NCBI GenBank assembly: GCA_965197645.1
Contig: OZ240219.1
Location: forward strand, 1,472,001-1,536,000
Source: Dehalococcoidia bacterium
GTDB taxonomy: Bacteria; Chloroflexota; Dehalococcoidia; Plut-88900
Length of the DNA: 64,000 nt
Direction: 5' to 3'
How positions within the stretch are numbered: position 1 is the stretch's first letter; the number at the start of each line of letters is the position of its first letter. The notes beneath the pieces are model-generated. The model saw only the letters and a list, made by a program, of their open reading frames with translations. It was not told the DNA's origin and made no database searches. Shown piece after piece: positions 49,615 to 60,129 of the stretch. Made by a program: the position numbers and the translations under genes.

Positions 49615-50025
49615 ATGTCCGAAGACCAGAGATCGTTAGGCGATAACGAAAGATGGGTATACGGGTCGGCGATGGGCTTGGGGGCCGTAGTAGTCGCCGT
49701 CGGCGCATTTCAGCCTATGGTAGAAGGCGGCGGTCCTTGGGGGCTGGTGTCAAACCTCGGTCTTCTCGTGCTGATAGCGAGTGTATCGATAGCCATACTG
49801 ACCTTGAGATTATTTATGGACAGCGGTACCCAGAAATACACGAGTGCGGCCGTCAGCATAGTTAGCCTCTATGTCGTTTTCGTTGCCATTCGACTTTTAT
49901 GGGACGTTCTCGACGCGGGTACCGCTAGCGATATAGGTTCAGGTCTGTACATAGCGCTGATAGGTGGAGCTGTATCGTTTGTCGGCAGCCTTGTAGCCCT
50001 GATTAGAATGATGGTACAGCGTTAG
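49615..50025 (+). CDS. Hypothetical 4-TM membrane protein
   Basis: AAGGAG SD; four hydrophobic segments; IGSGLYIALIG; visibly more AT-rich codon usage. Confidence 0.7.
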   Translation: MSEDQRSLGDNERWVYGSAMGLGAVVVAVGAFQPMVEGGGPWGLVSNLGLLVLIASVSIAILTLRLFMDSGTQKYTSAAVSIVSLYVVFVAIRLLWDVLDAGTASDIGSGLYIALIGGAVSFVGSLVALIRMMVQR

Positions 50026-50831
50026 GTCCGCATCCTCTCCAGCAGGGCGGCGTGCACAAGGGGCCAGGCCACGATCAACGCTTTCGACGCTGGGTCGGGT
50101 GTATCGTTTAGGTCCTTCCCCGTCTCATCGGTCACCCGAGTGCCCAGCTCCCTGGCTAGCACCACCGATCCTGCGGTATGTACGTTCACTTCCGTGAACA
50201 CGGCGCCATGCAGCCGGCCCAGCAGCACCTGGCCCAATGGGTAGGCAGCCGAGCCGAAGGTGTAGTGCCTGCCCGCTGCCTCCGCCAACGCTTTCTTGGG
50301 CCCGGCAAAGGGACGGGTCTCCCCCTCGATTGCGATGCCGACGTTCAGTGGGTCTCCGGGGGGTTCCGTTGTTTCAAGCCTCTCCCCGTTGACGTAGGCG
50401 CCTTCGCCTCGTATCGCACTCAGAATTTCCCCGCTGGCGGGTAAAGAGACCACTCCCATCTCCAGCCGGTCCTCAATGCGAAGGGCGATGCTGACCCCGA
50501 AGTGGGCCAAGCCAGTGCTGTATGGCAGCGTTCCGCACAGCGGATCGATCAGCCAGGTCAGCCGGGTATCTCCTTTGTCGTAGCTGCTCTCCTCTGAAAG
50601 CACGTTGCCTGGGGCATCGTGAAGCCGGAGCACTTCTGATATGGCTCGGTCCGCGGCTAGGTCGGCGTCGGTTATGGGGTCTCCCGGGCCTTTGTAGCGA
50701 AGATTGAGGGATTCATCCCGGGCTGGACGAAACCGGGCCATGAGGGTCTCCGAAGCGCTCTTGGCCGCCTCCACGGCAACGTCCATCAGGGCTTTCAGAT
50801 CAACCTCGCCATGGGATTGTCGCTTGTCCAT
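50022..50831 (-). CDS. Inositol monophosphatase-family protein (variant motifs)
   Basis: DPITDAD, LSEE, WLIDPLCGT, AIRGEGAYVNG; ATG 50831 after GAAGGAG. Confidence 0.85.
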   Translation of the reverse strand: MDKRQSHGEVDLKALMDVAVEAAKSASETLMARFRPARDESLNLRYKGPGDPITDADLAADRAISEVLRLHDAPGNVLSEESSYDKGDTRLTWLIDPLCGTLPYSTGLAHFGVSIALRIEDRLEMGVVSLPASGEILSAIRGEGAYVNGERLETTEPPGDPLNVGIAIEGETRPFAGPKKALAEAAGRHYTFGSAAYPLGQVLLGRLHGAVFTEVNVHTAGSVVLARELGTRVTDETGKDLNDTPDPASKALIVAWPLVHAALLERMRT

Positions 50832-50847
50832 CGGGCGTGGCTCTCCT

Positions 50848-52080
50848 TCACTCCAATCGGCGGATCCGGGGCAGTCCAATGGCGGTGGACAAGCTGACGG
50901 CCGTCAATACGCTGCCGTTGATCAGCAGTGCGACAGGAGCGCTCCAGATGGAGGCCATGCCGGCTACACCCAGGTGACCCACTGGCGCTACACCGATGCT
51001 GAAGGCCCAGGAGCCCATGGCCCTGCCCCGCTGCTCGTTGGGGACGTTGGCCTGCATCAACGTCTTGTACAAAGTATCGGCGATGGAGGCGCACACGTTT
51101 ATCAGAAACAGCGCCAGGAGGAAGAGGACCAGATTTTCGGATACGTAGGTCGCCATCTGGCCCAGCCCGAAAATGGTGGAGGCGGCGAACATGATCAACC
51201 CCTTGCGACTACCTCCACGAAGACCAGCGAGAAACAGGAGTCCCGTCAGTCCGCCCAGCTGGGTACAGCCTATCATCAGGCCGAGTCCGATAGAGCCCAC
51301 ATCGAGAACGTCACGGGCAAACACCGGCAGCACAGTCTGGTGGGTGAAGCCGAAAACCTCGGTGAATGCGGCCAGAAACATGAGGATCAGCAGTGTGCGG
51401 TTGTGACGAAGCTGCTCTACGTACCCGGCCAGGTTCCGCAGTACCGATTGCCGTTGAGTGAGAGCCAGTTGGCCAGGCTCTCTGGTCATGAGCAGGACTC
51501 CCGTAGCCACAAGATAGATGCCGCAAACGACGACGTATTGGCCCCCCGTCCCGATCCAGGTTATAACTACGCCGGCGATGAGGGACCCGATCAGGCCACC
51601 GATTCGGAACCCGATGGAAGTCAACGCCATCCCGTTCAGGGCGTAGCCGTGACCGACGATATCGTATGTGTAGGCCTGGCTGATGGTGTTCAGGAATGTC
51701 CTCAGACATCCAATGGCAGCGGCGAGTACGATGACCTGCCAGACCTGGAAGGCGTCCGTCAGTATTACCAGAGCGATGAGGCCCGCCACACCGCTCAGCA
51801 GGAACATGATGAATCTTAGGAACAGGCGACGATCGACTCTATCGGCTATCGCCCCGGATAAAATGCCCAGGAAGAACATGGGCGCCATGCTCGCCGAGAC
51901 GGCGACACCCACCATGAAAGGGGAGTCGGTCCTATCCAGCACCAACCATCCCAGGGTGACGTTCTCCATCCCCCAGCCCAGGGAGTGGCAGGTCAGCCCG
52001 GCCCAGAGTATGCGAAAGTCCCGATATTGAAAGGACGCTCCGATAGCGGTGCGCCCTCTTAGGGCGGACCTGACTGCCAT
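50848..52080 (-). CDS. MFS transporter (MFS_3-like)
   Basis: YRDFRILW, GAIADRVDRR motif A, QANVPNEQRGRAMG; about 12 TMs. Confidence 0.9.
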   Translation of the reverse strand: MAVRSALRGRTAIGASFQYRDFRILWAGLTCHSLGWGMENVTLGWLVLDRTDSPFMVGVAVSASMAPMFFLGILSGAIADRVDRRLFLRFIMFLLSGVAGLIALVILTDAFQVWQVIVLAAAIGCLRTFLNTISQAYTYDIVGHGYALNGMALTSIGFRIGGLIGSLIAGVVITWIGTGGQYVVVCGIYLVATGVLLMTREPGQLALTQRQSVLRNLAGYVEQLRHNRTLLILMFLAAFTEVFGFTHQTVLPVFARDVLDVGSIGLGLMIGCTQLGGLTGLLFLAGLRGGSRKGLIMFAASTIFGLGQMATYVSENLVLFLLALFLINVCASIADTLYKTLMQANVPNEQRGRAMGSWAFSIGVAPVGHLGVAGMASIWSAPVALLINGSVLTAVSLSTAIGLPRIRRLE

Positions 52081-52112
52081 ATGCGGGCGGCCGTTCCTTC
52101 GTTTACCCTGGG

Positions 52113-53285
52113 CTAGGCGAAGGGGGTATACCCGGTGGTGGTCATCTGCTTGAGACCGGTGGCGGTAACCTCGAACATGTCCTCCAGCTTCACAACGACC
52201 GTTTGACCACGGGACTCTACGGCCGTCTCCGGCTCAAGGGCGATGACCATGTTCTCCTCTAGGGCAACATCCTTGGTCATCATCTCCGGTCTGTAGATAA
52301 TGGGCAGCTCACAGGCGCGAAGGCCCACGCCGTGTCCCAGCGCATAGGGCGTGGTGGGGTAACCGGAGTTGCGCAGATAGTCGTTCAGCACCTTGTCGAT
52401 CTGGGACACCGGCACCCCGGGCTTGGCGACCTCTTGGGACGCCTGGTGGGCCTCCATCAGGACCTTGTAGGCCTGCTGCACCTCTTTCGGGGGTTCGCCG
52501 GCGAAGCCCGTGCGGCACATATCGGAGCCGTATCCGCCTTTAACGTAGCAGCCCCAGTCGAAGGCCATGGTGTCGCCGTCCCATAGCATGTTGCCCTTGG
52601 GAAACCAACCGCCGGTGACCTGGCTTTCGCCCTGTATACAGACGTTGTGAGTGATGTACTGGGCGCCCATCGATCGCATCGTGTGGTCCACGGCGGCGAT
52701 AACTTCGAAGTCTATGGCCCCTTCCCGGATGGCCCGGATACCCGACGCACCGCCCAGGGAGGCGATCTCGGCGCTGCAGCGGATCAGCTTGACCTCTTCG
52801 GGGTGCTTGATCTGTCTCGCTTCGGCTATCGGCATGTAGACGGAGCTGAACTGGACATTCGGCAGCGACTCGCCCAGAGCGCCGTAAAGCTGGAAGGGCA
52901 TGAAATCAACACCGACCTTCTTCGCCTGCACGGCCTGGAGCCTGTCCGATAGCGCCTTGATCCAGATCCCCTCCTGGGTAATGCTGGAGACCCACGAGGG
53001 CATGGGAACATACTCTCTGATCCAGGGGAAGTTGGGCAGAGGGTTGGGGATGACCTGGTCGACGTAGGGGATGAAGAGAGAGGCCTCGCCGTCGCTGGTG
53101 ATGACCGCGGCGAACCAGTCGAAGGCCTCGCAAACGAGGAAGACGCCACAGTCGGTGGCGTAGCGGATGTTATCGTGGCCCATGAAGACAAGGGTATCGA
53201 CGTCGGCGTTGCGCATTACATCTTTGACGACATCGGTGCGGTACTTTCGCAGAGCATCCCAATCTATGTCAGGAAACTGGTACAT
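52113..53285 (-). CDS. M24 (Xaa-Pro peptidase/creatinase-like) hydrolase
   Basis: Creatinase_N-like NIRYAT; RQIKHPEE; metal ligands FDWG, SDMCRT, GHGVG, LEPE, LEDM; GGAGGT SD. Confidence 0.88.
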   Translation of the reverse strand: MYQFPDIDWDALRKYRTDVVKDVMRNADVDTLVFMGHDNIRYATDCGVFLVCEAFDWFAAVITSDGEASLFIPYVDQVIPNPLPNFPWIREYVPMPSWVSSITQEGIWIKALSDRLQAVQAKKVGVDFMPFQLYGALGESLPNVQFSSVYMPIAEARQIKHPEEVKLIRCSAEIASLGGASGIRAIREGAIDFEVIAAVDHTMRSMGAQYITHNVCIQGESQVTGGWFPKGNMLWDGDTMAFDWGCYVKGGYGSDMCRTGFAGEPPKEVQQAYKVLMEAHQASQEVAKPGVPVSQIDKVLNDYLRNSGYPTTPYALGHGVGLRACELPIIYRPEMMTKDVALEENMVIALEPETAVESRGQTVVVKLEDMFEVTATGLKQMTTTGYTPFA

Positions 53286-53412
53286 CTCTACCTCCTGTAT
53301 GGATCAAGATTTGTGTTGCCCCGAACGTCCCGGCGTGCAGGACTACTCGGATTTCTGAGACGGGCCCCTTCTCCTGCTGGCAGTTTAACATAGGAACCAT
53401 CGGTCACAAGGA

Positions 53413-53441
53413 TTGACTTGTCATAAGATGAGGACTATGAT
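53413..53441 (+). promoter_or_regulatory. sigma70 promoter of SBP copy 1
   Basis: TTGACT-17-TATGAT. Confidence 0.7.
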
Positions 53442-53568
53442 TCCACTGAAAAGGTTATCGGCGCCGGGGGTGATTCAAATGTGAGAAGGGTTTGATAAGA
53501 CTGGAGTTGGACCGCCACAAGAGGTCGGCCGGATTCTATTGCACCAGATGTGACAAGGGGGGATCAAG

Positions 53569-55478
53569 ATGATTACCAGGACTAGAGTTCCCTGGATCTT
53601 ACTGAGCCTATTGGTCATCATAGGAATCATAGCGGCGGCCTGCGGCGAGGCCAGTACTCCCACGCCGGAACCGGCAACCGTTGCCGCGGTGCCCGAGACA
53701 GAGGAGACTACACCCGACGCCCCAGTCGCTACAACCACCGCCCCGGATGCCGAATCTTCTCCCGAATCGGCCACTGACGTTTCAACTCCGGCTTCCGTCA
53801 TAGCCCCCGAAATTGACGAGATGCCAGTTTGCTTAAGTCCAGAGGATAATCCCGTACACGGTGGGACCTTGCGTGTGACTTCCTATGAACCCGCCAGTTA
53901 CGACGCCGGCGGGGCGTTGGATTCCTACGCGGCCGCCTCTTCCCAGAGTTTTACCCACCTGACCCTGGCCACGTGGCACATCTGCGACTGGAGGGACACG
54001 CTGGACTTCACCCCTTACCCCTACCTGGCGGAGTCCTGGGATGTAAGCGAAGATGGGTTGAGCTACACCTTCCACCTCAGGAAAGGAGTCAAGTGGGAGA
54101 ATCGGCCTCCCCTCAACGGCAGAGAGGTCACCGCCCACGACGTGGTATTTTCCTTTAACCATCACATGGAGAACAGCCCCAACCTGGGCCTGCTGGGGCC
54201 GCTATCCTCCGTCAGAGCTATCGATGATTACACGGTGGTGTTTACCACTGACGCGGTCTACGTTCCATTCATGACCTATATGGCCCACCCCTACTTCCCC
54301 ATCTATGCACCGGAAGTACTGGAGGAGTTCGGCAGTTTCGATTCCGTAGAATCCAGCATAGGTGCGGGCCCTTGGAGGTTGATCGAACACCAGTCCGGCG
54401 TGAAGCAGGTCTTCGTGAGGAATCCGGACTACTTCCGGGGCCCCAACGGTATAACCGGCGAAGAACTGCCCTACATCGAGCGGGTAGAGTCCTTCTTCGT
54501 TACCGATGACGCCAAAAACTGGCCATGTACAGGGGACATGAGATAGACGTGGGGCCAGCCTTCTACTACTGGGGTCACTGGTCCGGCGACAATGACGTTT
54601 ACGAAGCGCTTAAAGGGACCGATCCCGCACTGGTCGAAGATTTCCGGAGCTTCAGCACCAGTCCCTTCCCACTCTGGAGGATGCAGGCTAAAGTGGACAG
54701 ACCTCCCTTCAACAACGAAAAGCTGCGCCAGGCGGTATCCAGGGTCATAGACCGCACCTTCACACCCTGGGCCGGCACCTGGGGCGTCGTCGAAGCCAGA
54801 GAGTTCAACTTCGATTATTCTATGTTCCTGCCGTGGGAGAATCTTACAGAGCTGGGCAGGGCCAACTACCCCAGGGACGCAGCAGACAACCCCATCAGGG
54901 ACATCGCCAGCGCCAGGGCATTGGTGAACGAGGTCAAGGAAGAGATGGGCCTGTCGCCCGACGAGAAGATCGACGGGGGCACGATTTACACTCACAATCT
55001 GGCCGATTATTTCGCCGGGATTGCGGAGTTGATCAAGGCCTGGCTGGACGAGATCGACATCGAAACGGAAATCGTGGTGCTCGACTACACCGAGTGGAAC
55101 AGCAGCATCGTCCTGCCGCCCTTCGACTGGTGCTGCATCCAGTGGTCCTACGGGTTCGCCGGCCTGGACCCCGACAACTACTTCTACCGGAACTTCCATC
55201 CCAACGGTGATGACAACCGGACCGGTATCGACGACCCACACCTCACCTCTCTAATAGAAGCCCAGAGGAGTGAGTTCGGGTCCGAGGCCCGCCTGGAGAT
55301 CATGTACGACATCCAGAGATATCTGGCGGAGAAGCAGTACGAGTGGCGGGTGCCCAACTTCTTGGGCCAGAACATCTACCCTCCGTGGCTGAAAAACGTG
55401 GCCGGCCAGAAGGCCAGCTCAACCCAGGGATACTCCTTCATGTGGGCTTGGTTGACCGAAGAAGCACCCGGTCGGTAG
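53569..55478 (+). pseudogene. ABC substrate-binding lipoprotein, family 5 (copy 1), apparent 1-nt frameshift
   Basis: ORFs 53569..54546 and 54525..55478 join into one paralog of copies 2 and 3. It has GCC-AAAAA-CTG at 54511-21 where paralogs have GCC-ACC-AAG-CTG. May be a sequencing error. Confidence 0.85.
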
Positions 55479-55497
55479 CAGGTCCAGATTCGACAGA

Positions 55498-55541
55498 CTC
55501 GCTAAGGCCCATCCCGCTGGAGCGGGATGGGCCTTAGCGAG
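55498..55541. terminator. Long hairpin after SBP copy 1 (related copies at 57674-57710 and 59865-59892)
   Basis: 21-bp perfect inverted repeat CTCGCTAAGGCCCATCCCGCT/AGCGGGATGGGCCTTAGCGAG. Confidence 0.7.
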
Positions 55542-55587
55542 CCCGCCTCAAAAGGACGCACGTCCTGGTCTCAGCCACCATTAAAAA

Positions 55588-55616
55588 TTGACTAGTCACA
55601 ACTTGAGGGCTATCAT
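55588..55616 (+). promoter_or_regulatory. sigma70 promoter of SBP copy 2
   Basis: TTGACT-17-TATCAT. Confidence 0.7.
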
Positions 55617-55730
55617 TCCGCAAACAAGTCTATCGATACCAGCAGCGACTCGGATGTGGAGATGTTCGGCGAGACCGGACTTGAGCCGCTGTAGGAGATC
55701 GGCGGCAACCTTTGACACAAGGGAGACAAG

Positions 55731-57650
55731 ATGATAGCCAGACTTAGAGGTTTATGGATACTGTTGAGCCTCGTGATCGTTGTAGGAGTCATAGGCGCGG
55801 CTTGTGGTGAGGCGGCTACGCCTACTCCCGCCGCATCTACGCCTGAGGCGATGATGGAAGAAACTCCTGCAATGCCCGAGGCTACCGAAGAGGCGGAAGC
55901 CATGGAGCCTACGCCTACCGCCATGGCTGAAACCACGGCGGAGGAAGCCGCAGAAGCACAGGCGATGGCCGCAGTGGGTGAGATGCCCCAGTGCATGGTA
56001 GAGGGCGAAACTCCCAGCCACGGCGGTACGTTGCGCGTTACCTCGTACGAGCCCGCCAGCTACGATGCCATGGGCGCTCTGGACCCTTACGCAGGGGCCG
56101 TCACCGGGAGCTTCACACACCTGACGCTTACGCAGGCCGACTTCTGCGACTGGCGCGACACGGCGGACTACACCGTATACCCCTACCTGGCCGAGTCCTG
56201 GGAGGTGAATGACGAAGGAACCGTCTACACCTTCCACATACGGGACGGCGTCGAGTGGGAGGACCGGCCTCCTCTAAACGGCCGCGAAGTGACCGCCCAC
56301 GACGTGGCGTTCTCCTACAACCGGGTACTGGAAAACAGTCAGATCAAGGGCAGCCTCGGGCCTCTGGCGAGCGTGGAGGCGATTGACGAGGACACGGTGG
56401 TCTTCACACTGGCTACCCCGTATCCGGCATTCCTGCCCCACACGGCCAACTCCTACTTCCCCATCTACGCACCCGAGATACTGGAGGAGTTCGGTGGCTA
56501 CGACTCGCCGGAGTCCAACATAGGAGCGGGCCCCTGGATGCTCCTGGAGCATGAGCCGGGGGTCAAGCAGGTCTTCGTGCGGAACCCGAACTACTTCCGC
56601 GGCGCCGATGGCATCACCGGAGAAGGACTGCCCTACATCGACAGGGTGGAGGCGCTGTTCATAACCGACGACGCCACCAAGCTGGCCATGTACCGCGGGC
56701 ACGACATAGACGTCGGCCCGGCCTTCTACTACTGGGGCTGGTGGTCCGGTGACAACGACGTGTACGAGTCCCTGAAATCCACCGACCCCGAGCTGGCCCT
56801 GGATTTCCGGAGCTTCAGCGACTCTGCGTTCCCTCTGTGGAGGATGCAGCCCAAGATAGACCGGCCTCCCTTCGACAACGAGAAGCTGCGCCAGGCTGTG
56901 TCCCGGGTGATCGACCGTACGTTCACCCCGTGGGCCGGCACCTGGGGCGTGGTAGAGGCCAGAGAGATGAACTTCGACCACCCCTGGTTCCTGCCTTGGG
57001 ACCAGCTGACCGACCTGGGCAAGGCAAACTACCCGAGGGACGCCGCTGGTAACCCCATCCGTGACATCGAGAGTGCCAGGGCCCTGATCGCCGAGGCCAA
57101 GGCGGAGATGGGTCTAGGGCCCGACGACACGATCGACGCCGGGATCATCTACACCCACAACCAGGCCGATTACTTTGCCGGCCTCACCGAGCTTATCAAG
57201 GCCTGGCTGGCCGATATAGGCATAGAGTCCGAGATCGCCGTGCTAGACATCAGCGAGTGGAACACCACCATAGCCGTTCCTCCCTACGAGTGGTGTTGCA
57301 TCCAGTTTTCCTACGGCCACTCCGAGCTTGACCCGGACGGTTACTTCTACCGGAACTTCCACCCCGACGGTGACGACAACCGGGGAGGGATTGACGACCC
57401 GGCGCTGACGGCGCTGATCGATGCGCAACGAGCGGAGCAGGACCAGGAGGCTCGTAAGCAGATCATCTACGATCTGCAGGAGTACCTGGCGGAGAGACAG
57501 TACGAGTGGCGGATGCCCAACTTCCTGGCACAGAACATCTACCCGCCGTGGCTGAAGAACGTGGGTGCCCAGAAGGGCACCCTGGTCCCCAACCAGGGCT
57601 TCGCCTTTACGTGGTCCTGGCTGACGGAGGACGCTCCGACGAAGCAGTAG
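55731..57650 (+). CDS. ABC substrate-binding lipoprotein, family 5 (copy 2)
   Basis: Lipobox GAAC; PYLAESWEV..YTFHIRDGV; TAHDVAFS; IGAGPW; PPFDNEKLRQAV. Confidence 0.92.
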   Translation: MIARLRGLWILLSLVIVVGVIGAACGEAATPTPAASTPEAMMEETPAMPEATEEAEAMEPTPTAMAETTAEEAAEAQAMAAVGEMPQCMVEGETPSHGGTLRVTSYEPASYDAMGALDPYAGAVTGSFTHLTLTQADFCDWRDTADYTVYPYLAESWEVNDEGTVYTFHIRDGVEWEDRPPLNGREVTAHDVAFSYNRVLENSQIKGSLGPLASVEAIDEDTVVFTLATPYPAFLPHTANSYFPIYAPEILEEFGGYDSPESNIGAGPWMLLEHEPGVKQVFVRNPNYFRGADGITGEGLPYIDRVEALFITDDATKLAMYRGHDIDVGPAFYYWGWWSGDNDVYESLKSTDPELALDFRSFSDSAFPLWRMQPKIDRPPFDNEKLRQAVSRVIDRTFTPWAGTWGVVEAREMNFDHPWFLPWDQLTDLGKANYPRDAAGNPIRDIESARALIAEAKAEMGLGPDDTIDAGIIYTHNQADYFAGLTELIKAWLADIGIESEIAVLDISEWNTTIAVPPYEWCCIQFSYGHSELDPDGYFYRNFHPDGDDNRGGIDDPALTALIDAQRAEQDQEARKQIIYDLQEYLAERQYEWRMPNFLAQNIYPPWLKNVGAQKGTLVPNQGFAFTWSWLTEDAPTKQ

Positions 57651-57760
57651 GTCCGGACAGTAACAGACCACAACTAAGGCCCATCCTGCTGCCGGCGGGA
57701 TGGGCCTTAGCGCGCCTGTCCTAAAAGGACGCACGTCCTGGTCTCAGCCACCATTAAAGG

Positions 57761-57789
57761 TTGACTCGGCACATCTTGAGGGGTATGAT
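57761..57789 (+). promoter_or_regulatory. sigma70 promoter of SBP copy 3
   Basis: TTGACT-17-TATGAT. Confidence 0.7.
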
Positions 57790-57903
57790 GCCGCAGATAA
57801 ATCCATCGACGGCGGCACCCAGTCGAATGTGAAGATGTTCGGCGAGACCGGACTTGAGCCGCTGTAGGAGATCGGCGGCAACATTTGACACAAGGGGGAC
57901 AAG

Positions 57904-59838
57904 ATGATAGCCAGACTTAGAGGTTTATGGATACTGTTGAGCCTCGTGATCGTTGTAGGAGTCATAGGCGCGGCCTGTGGCGAGGCGGCTACGCCTACTC
58001 CCGCCGCATCTACGCCTGAGACGATGATGGAAGAGACGCCTGCAATGCCCGAGGCTACCGATGAGCCGGAAGCGATGGAGCCGACACCTACAGCCATGGA
58101 GGATGAACCCATGGAGGATGAACCCATGGAGGAGGAGGCTCCCTCACAGGTGATGGCAGCCGTGGGCGAGATGCCCCAGTGTATCGTAGAAGGCGAGACT
58201 CCTTTACACGGCGGCACGCTGCGTCTTACTGCATACGAACCCGCCAGCTACGATGCCATGGGCACCCTGGACCCCTATGGCGGATCGGTTACCCAGAGCT
58301 TCACCCACCTAACGTTAACGCAGGCCGATTTCTGCGACTGGCGCAACACCGCGGACTACACGGTATACCCGTACCTTGCCGAGTCCTGGGAGGTGAATGA
58401 CGAAGGAACCGTCTACACCTTCCACATACGGGACGGCGTCGAGTGGGAGGACCGGCCTCCTGTAAACGGCCGGGATGTGACCGCCCACGACGTGGCGTTC
58501 TCCTACAACCGGGTACTGGAAAACAGTCAGATCAAGGGCAGCCTCGGGCCTCTGGCGAGCGTGGAGGCGATTGACGAGGACACCGTTGTCTTCACGCTGA
58601 GCAGTCCCTTCCCGGCATTCCTGCCCCACACGGCCAGCTCTTACTACCCCATCTACGCACCCGAGGTGCTGGAGGAATTCGGCGGCTACGACTCACCGGA
58701 ATCCAACATAGGCGCCGGACCCTGGATGCTCTTGGAGCACGAGCCGGGAGTCAAGCAGGTCTTCGTTAGGAACCCGAACTACTTCCGCGGCGCCGATGGC
58801 ATCACCGGGGAAGAGCTGCCCTACATCGACCGGGTGGAGGCGCTGTTCGTAACCGACGACGCCACCAAGCTGGCCATGTACCGCGGGCACGACATAGACG
58901 TCGGCCCGGCCTTCTACTACTGGGGCTGGTGGTCCGGTGACAACGACGTGTACGAGTCCCTGAAATCCACCGACCCCGAGCTGGCCCTGGATTTCCGGAG
59001 CTTCAGCGACTCTGCGTTCCCTCTGTGGAGGATGCAGCCCAAGATAGACCGGCCTCCCTTCGACAACGAGAAGCTGCGCCAGGCTGTGTCCCGGGTGATC
59101 GACCGTACGTTCACCCCGTGGGCCGGCACCTGGGGCGTGGTAGAGGCCAGAGAGATGAACTTCGACCACCCCTGGTTCCTGCCTTGGAGCGAGCTGAGCG
59201 ATCTGGGAATGGCCAACTACCCCCGAGACGCGGAAGGCAATCCTATCAGGGACATCGAGAGCGCTAGGGCCCTGGTTGCCGAGGCCAAAGCAGAGCTGGG
59301 TATTGACCCCGACGACATGATCGACGCCGGGACCATCTACACCCACAATCTGGCCGACTACTTTGCCGGCATTACCGAGCTGATAAAGGCCTGGCTGGCC
59401 GACATAGACGTAGAGACCAGGATCGTAGTCCTGGACTGGACCGAGTGGAACACCAGCATCGCCATTCCTCCTTACGAGTGGTGCTGCATCCAGTGGTCAT
59501 ACGGGCACTCTGAGCTTGACCCCGACGGTTACTTCTACCGAAACTTCCACCCCAACGGCGACGACAATCGGGGAGGGGTGGACGATCCTACCCTCACCGC
59601 CATGATCGACGCTCAGAGGGCGGAGCAGGACCCAGAGGCCCGTAAACAGATCATCTACGACATGCAGGAGTACCTGGCTGAGAGACAGTACGAGTGGCGG
59701 GTGCCTAACTACCTGGCACAGAACATCTACCCGCCATGGCTGGAAAACGTCGGCGCCCAGAAGGGCACCCTGGTCCCCAATTCAGGTTTCGCGTTCACGT
59801 GGGCCTGGATGAGCGAAGACGCGCCCACCCGTCAGTAG
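57904..59838 (+). CDS. ABC substrate-binding lipoprotein, family 5 (copy 3)
   Basis: Same motifs as copy 2; 15-nt tandem repeat ATGGAGGATGAACCC (MEDEP) at 58096-58125 in the linker. Confidence 0.92.
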   Translation: MIARLRGLWILLSLVIVVGVIGAACGEAATPTPAASTPETMMEETPAMPEATDEPEAMEPTPTAMEDEPMEDEPMEEEAPSQVMAAVGEMPQCIVEGETPLHGGTLRLTAYEPASYDAMGTLDPYGGSVTQSFTHLTLTQADFCDWRNTADYTVYPYLAESWEVNDEGTVYTFHIRDGVEWEDRPPVNGRDVTAHDVAFSYNRVLENSQIKGSLGPLASVEAIDEDTVVFTLSSPFPAFLPHTASSYYPIYAPEVLEEFGGYDSPESNIGAGPWMLLEHEPGVKQVFVRNPNYFRGADGITGEELPYIDRVEALFVTDDATKLAMYRGHDIDVGPAFYYWGWWSGDNDVYESLKSTDPELALDFRSFSDSAFPLWRMQPKIDRPPFDNEKLRQAVSRVIDRTFTPWAGTWGVVEAREMNFDHPWFLPWSELSDLGMANYPRDAEGNPIRDIESARALVAEAKAELGIDPDDMIDAGTIYTHNLADYFAGITELIKAWLADIDVETRIVVLDWTEWNTSIAIPPYEWCCIQWSYGHSELDPDGYFYRNFHPNGDDNRGGVDDPTLTAMIDAQRAEQDPEARKQIIYDMQEYLAERQYEWRVPNYLAQNIYPPWLENVGAQKGTLVPNSGFAFTWAWMSEDAPTRQ

Positions 59839-60129
59839 GCTTGGACGCACAGACAGACCAAAAGGGCCCATCCCGCTCCGGCGGGATGGGCCTTAGCGCG
59901 TCCGTATGACCTTGTCGAAAAAGCTCGGATGTTGTTGTCCCGGCCGCCCGCTCCAGGCCGATTTTGTAGTTGGGGGGCCACATCCCCACTCTCCTAGCAG
60001 TCGAAAACGGAGGCGCCAGCGTTCCCAGTCGGCTGTGTGCCCTACCCTGCCCTCACATTAAGGGAAAGAGACAGACCCTCTGGACTCCCTCTACACAGAG
60101 TTCTGAGGTAGGATCGTATGACAAGGGAG

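Noticed and set aside
49467-50025. tRNA-Leu as attachment site of an integrated element
   Set aside because: No integrase and no duplicated tRNA 3' end seen in the window; only one AT-richer gene follows.
55498-59892. Recurring hairpins as a CRISPR array
   Set aside because: They are spaced about 2.2 kb apart, one per SBP gene, with no spacers or cas genes.
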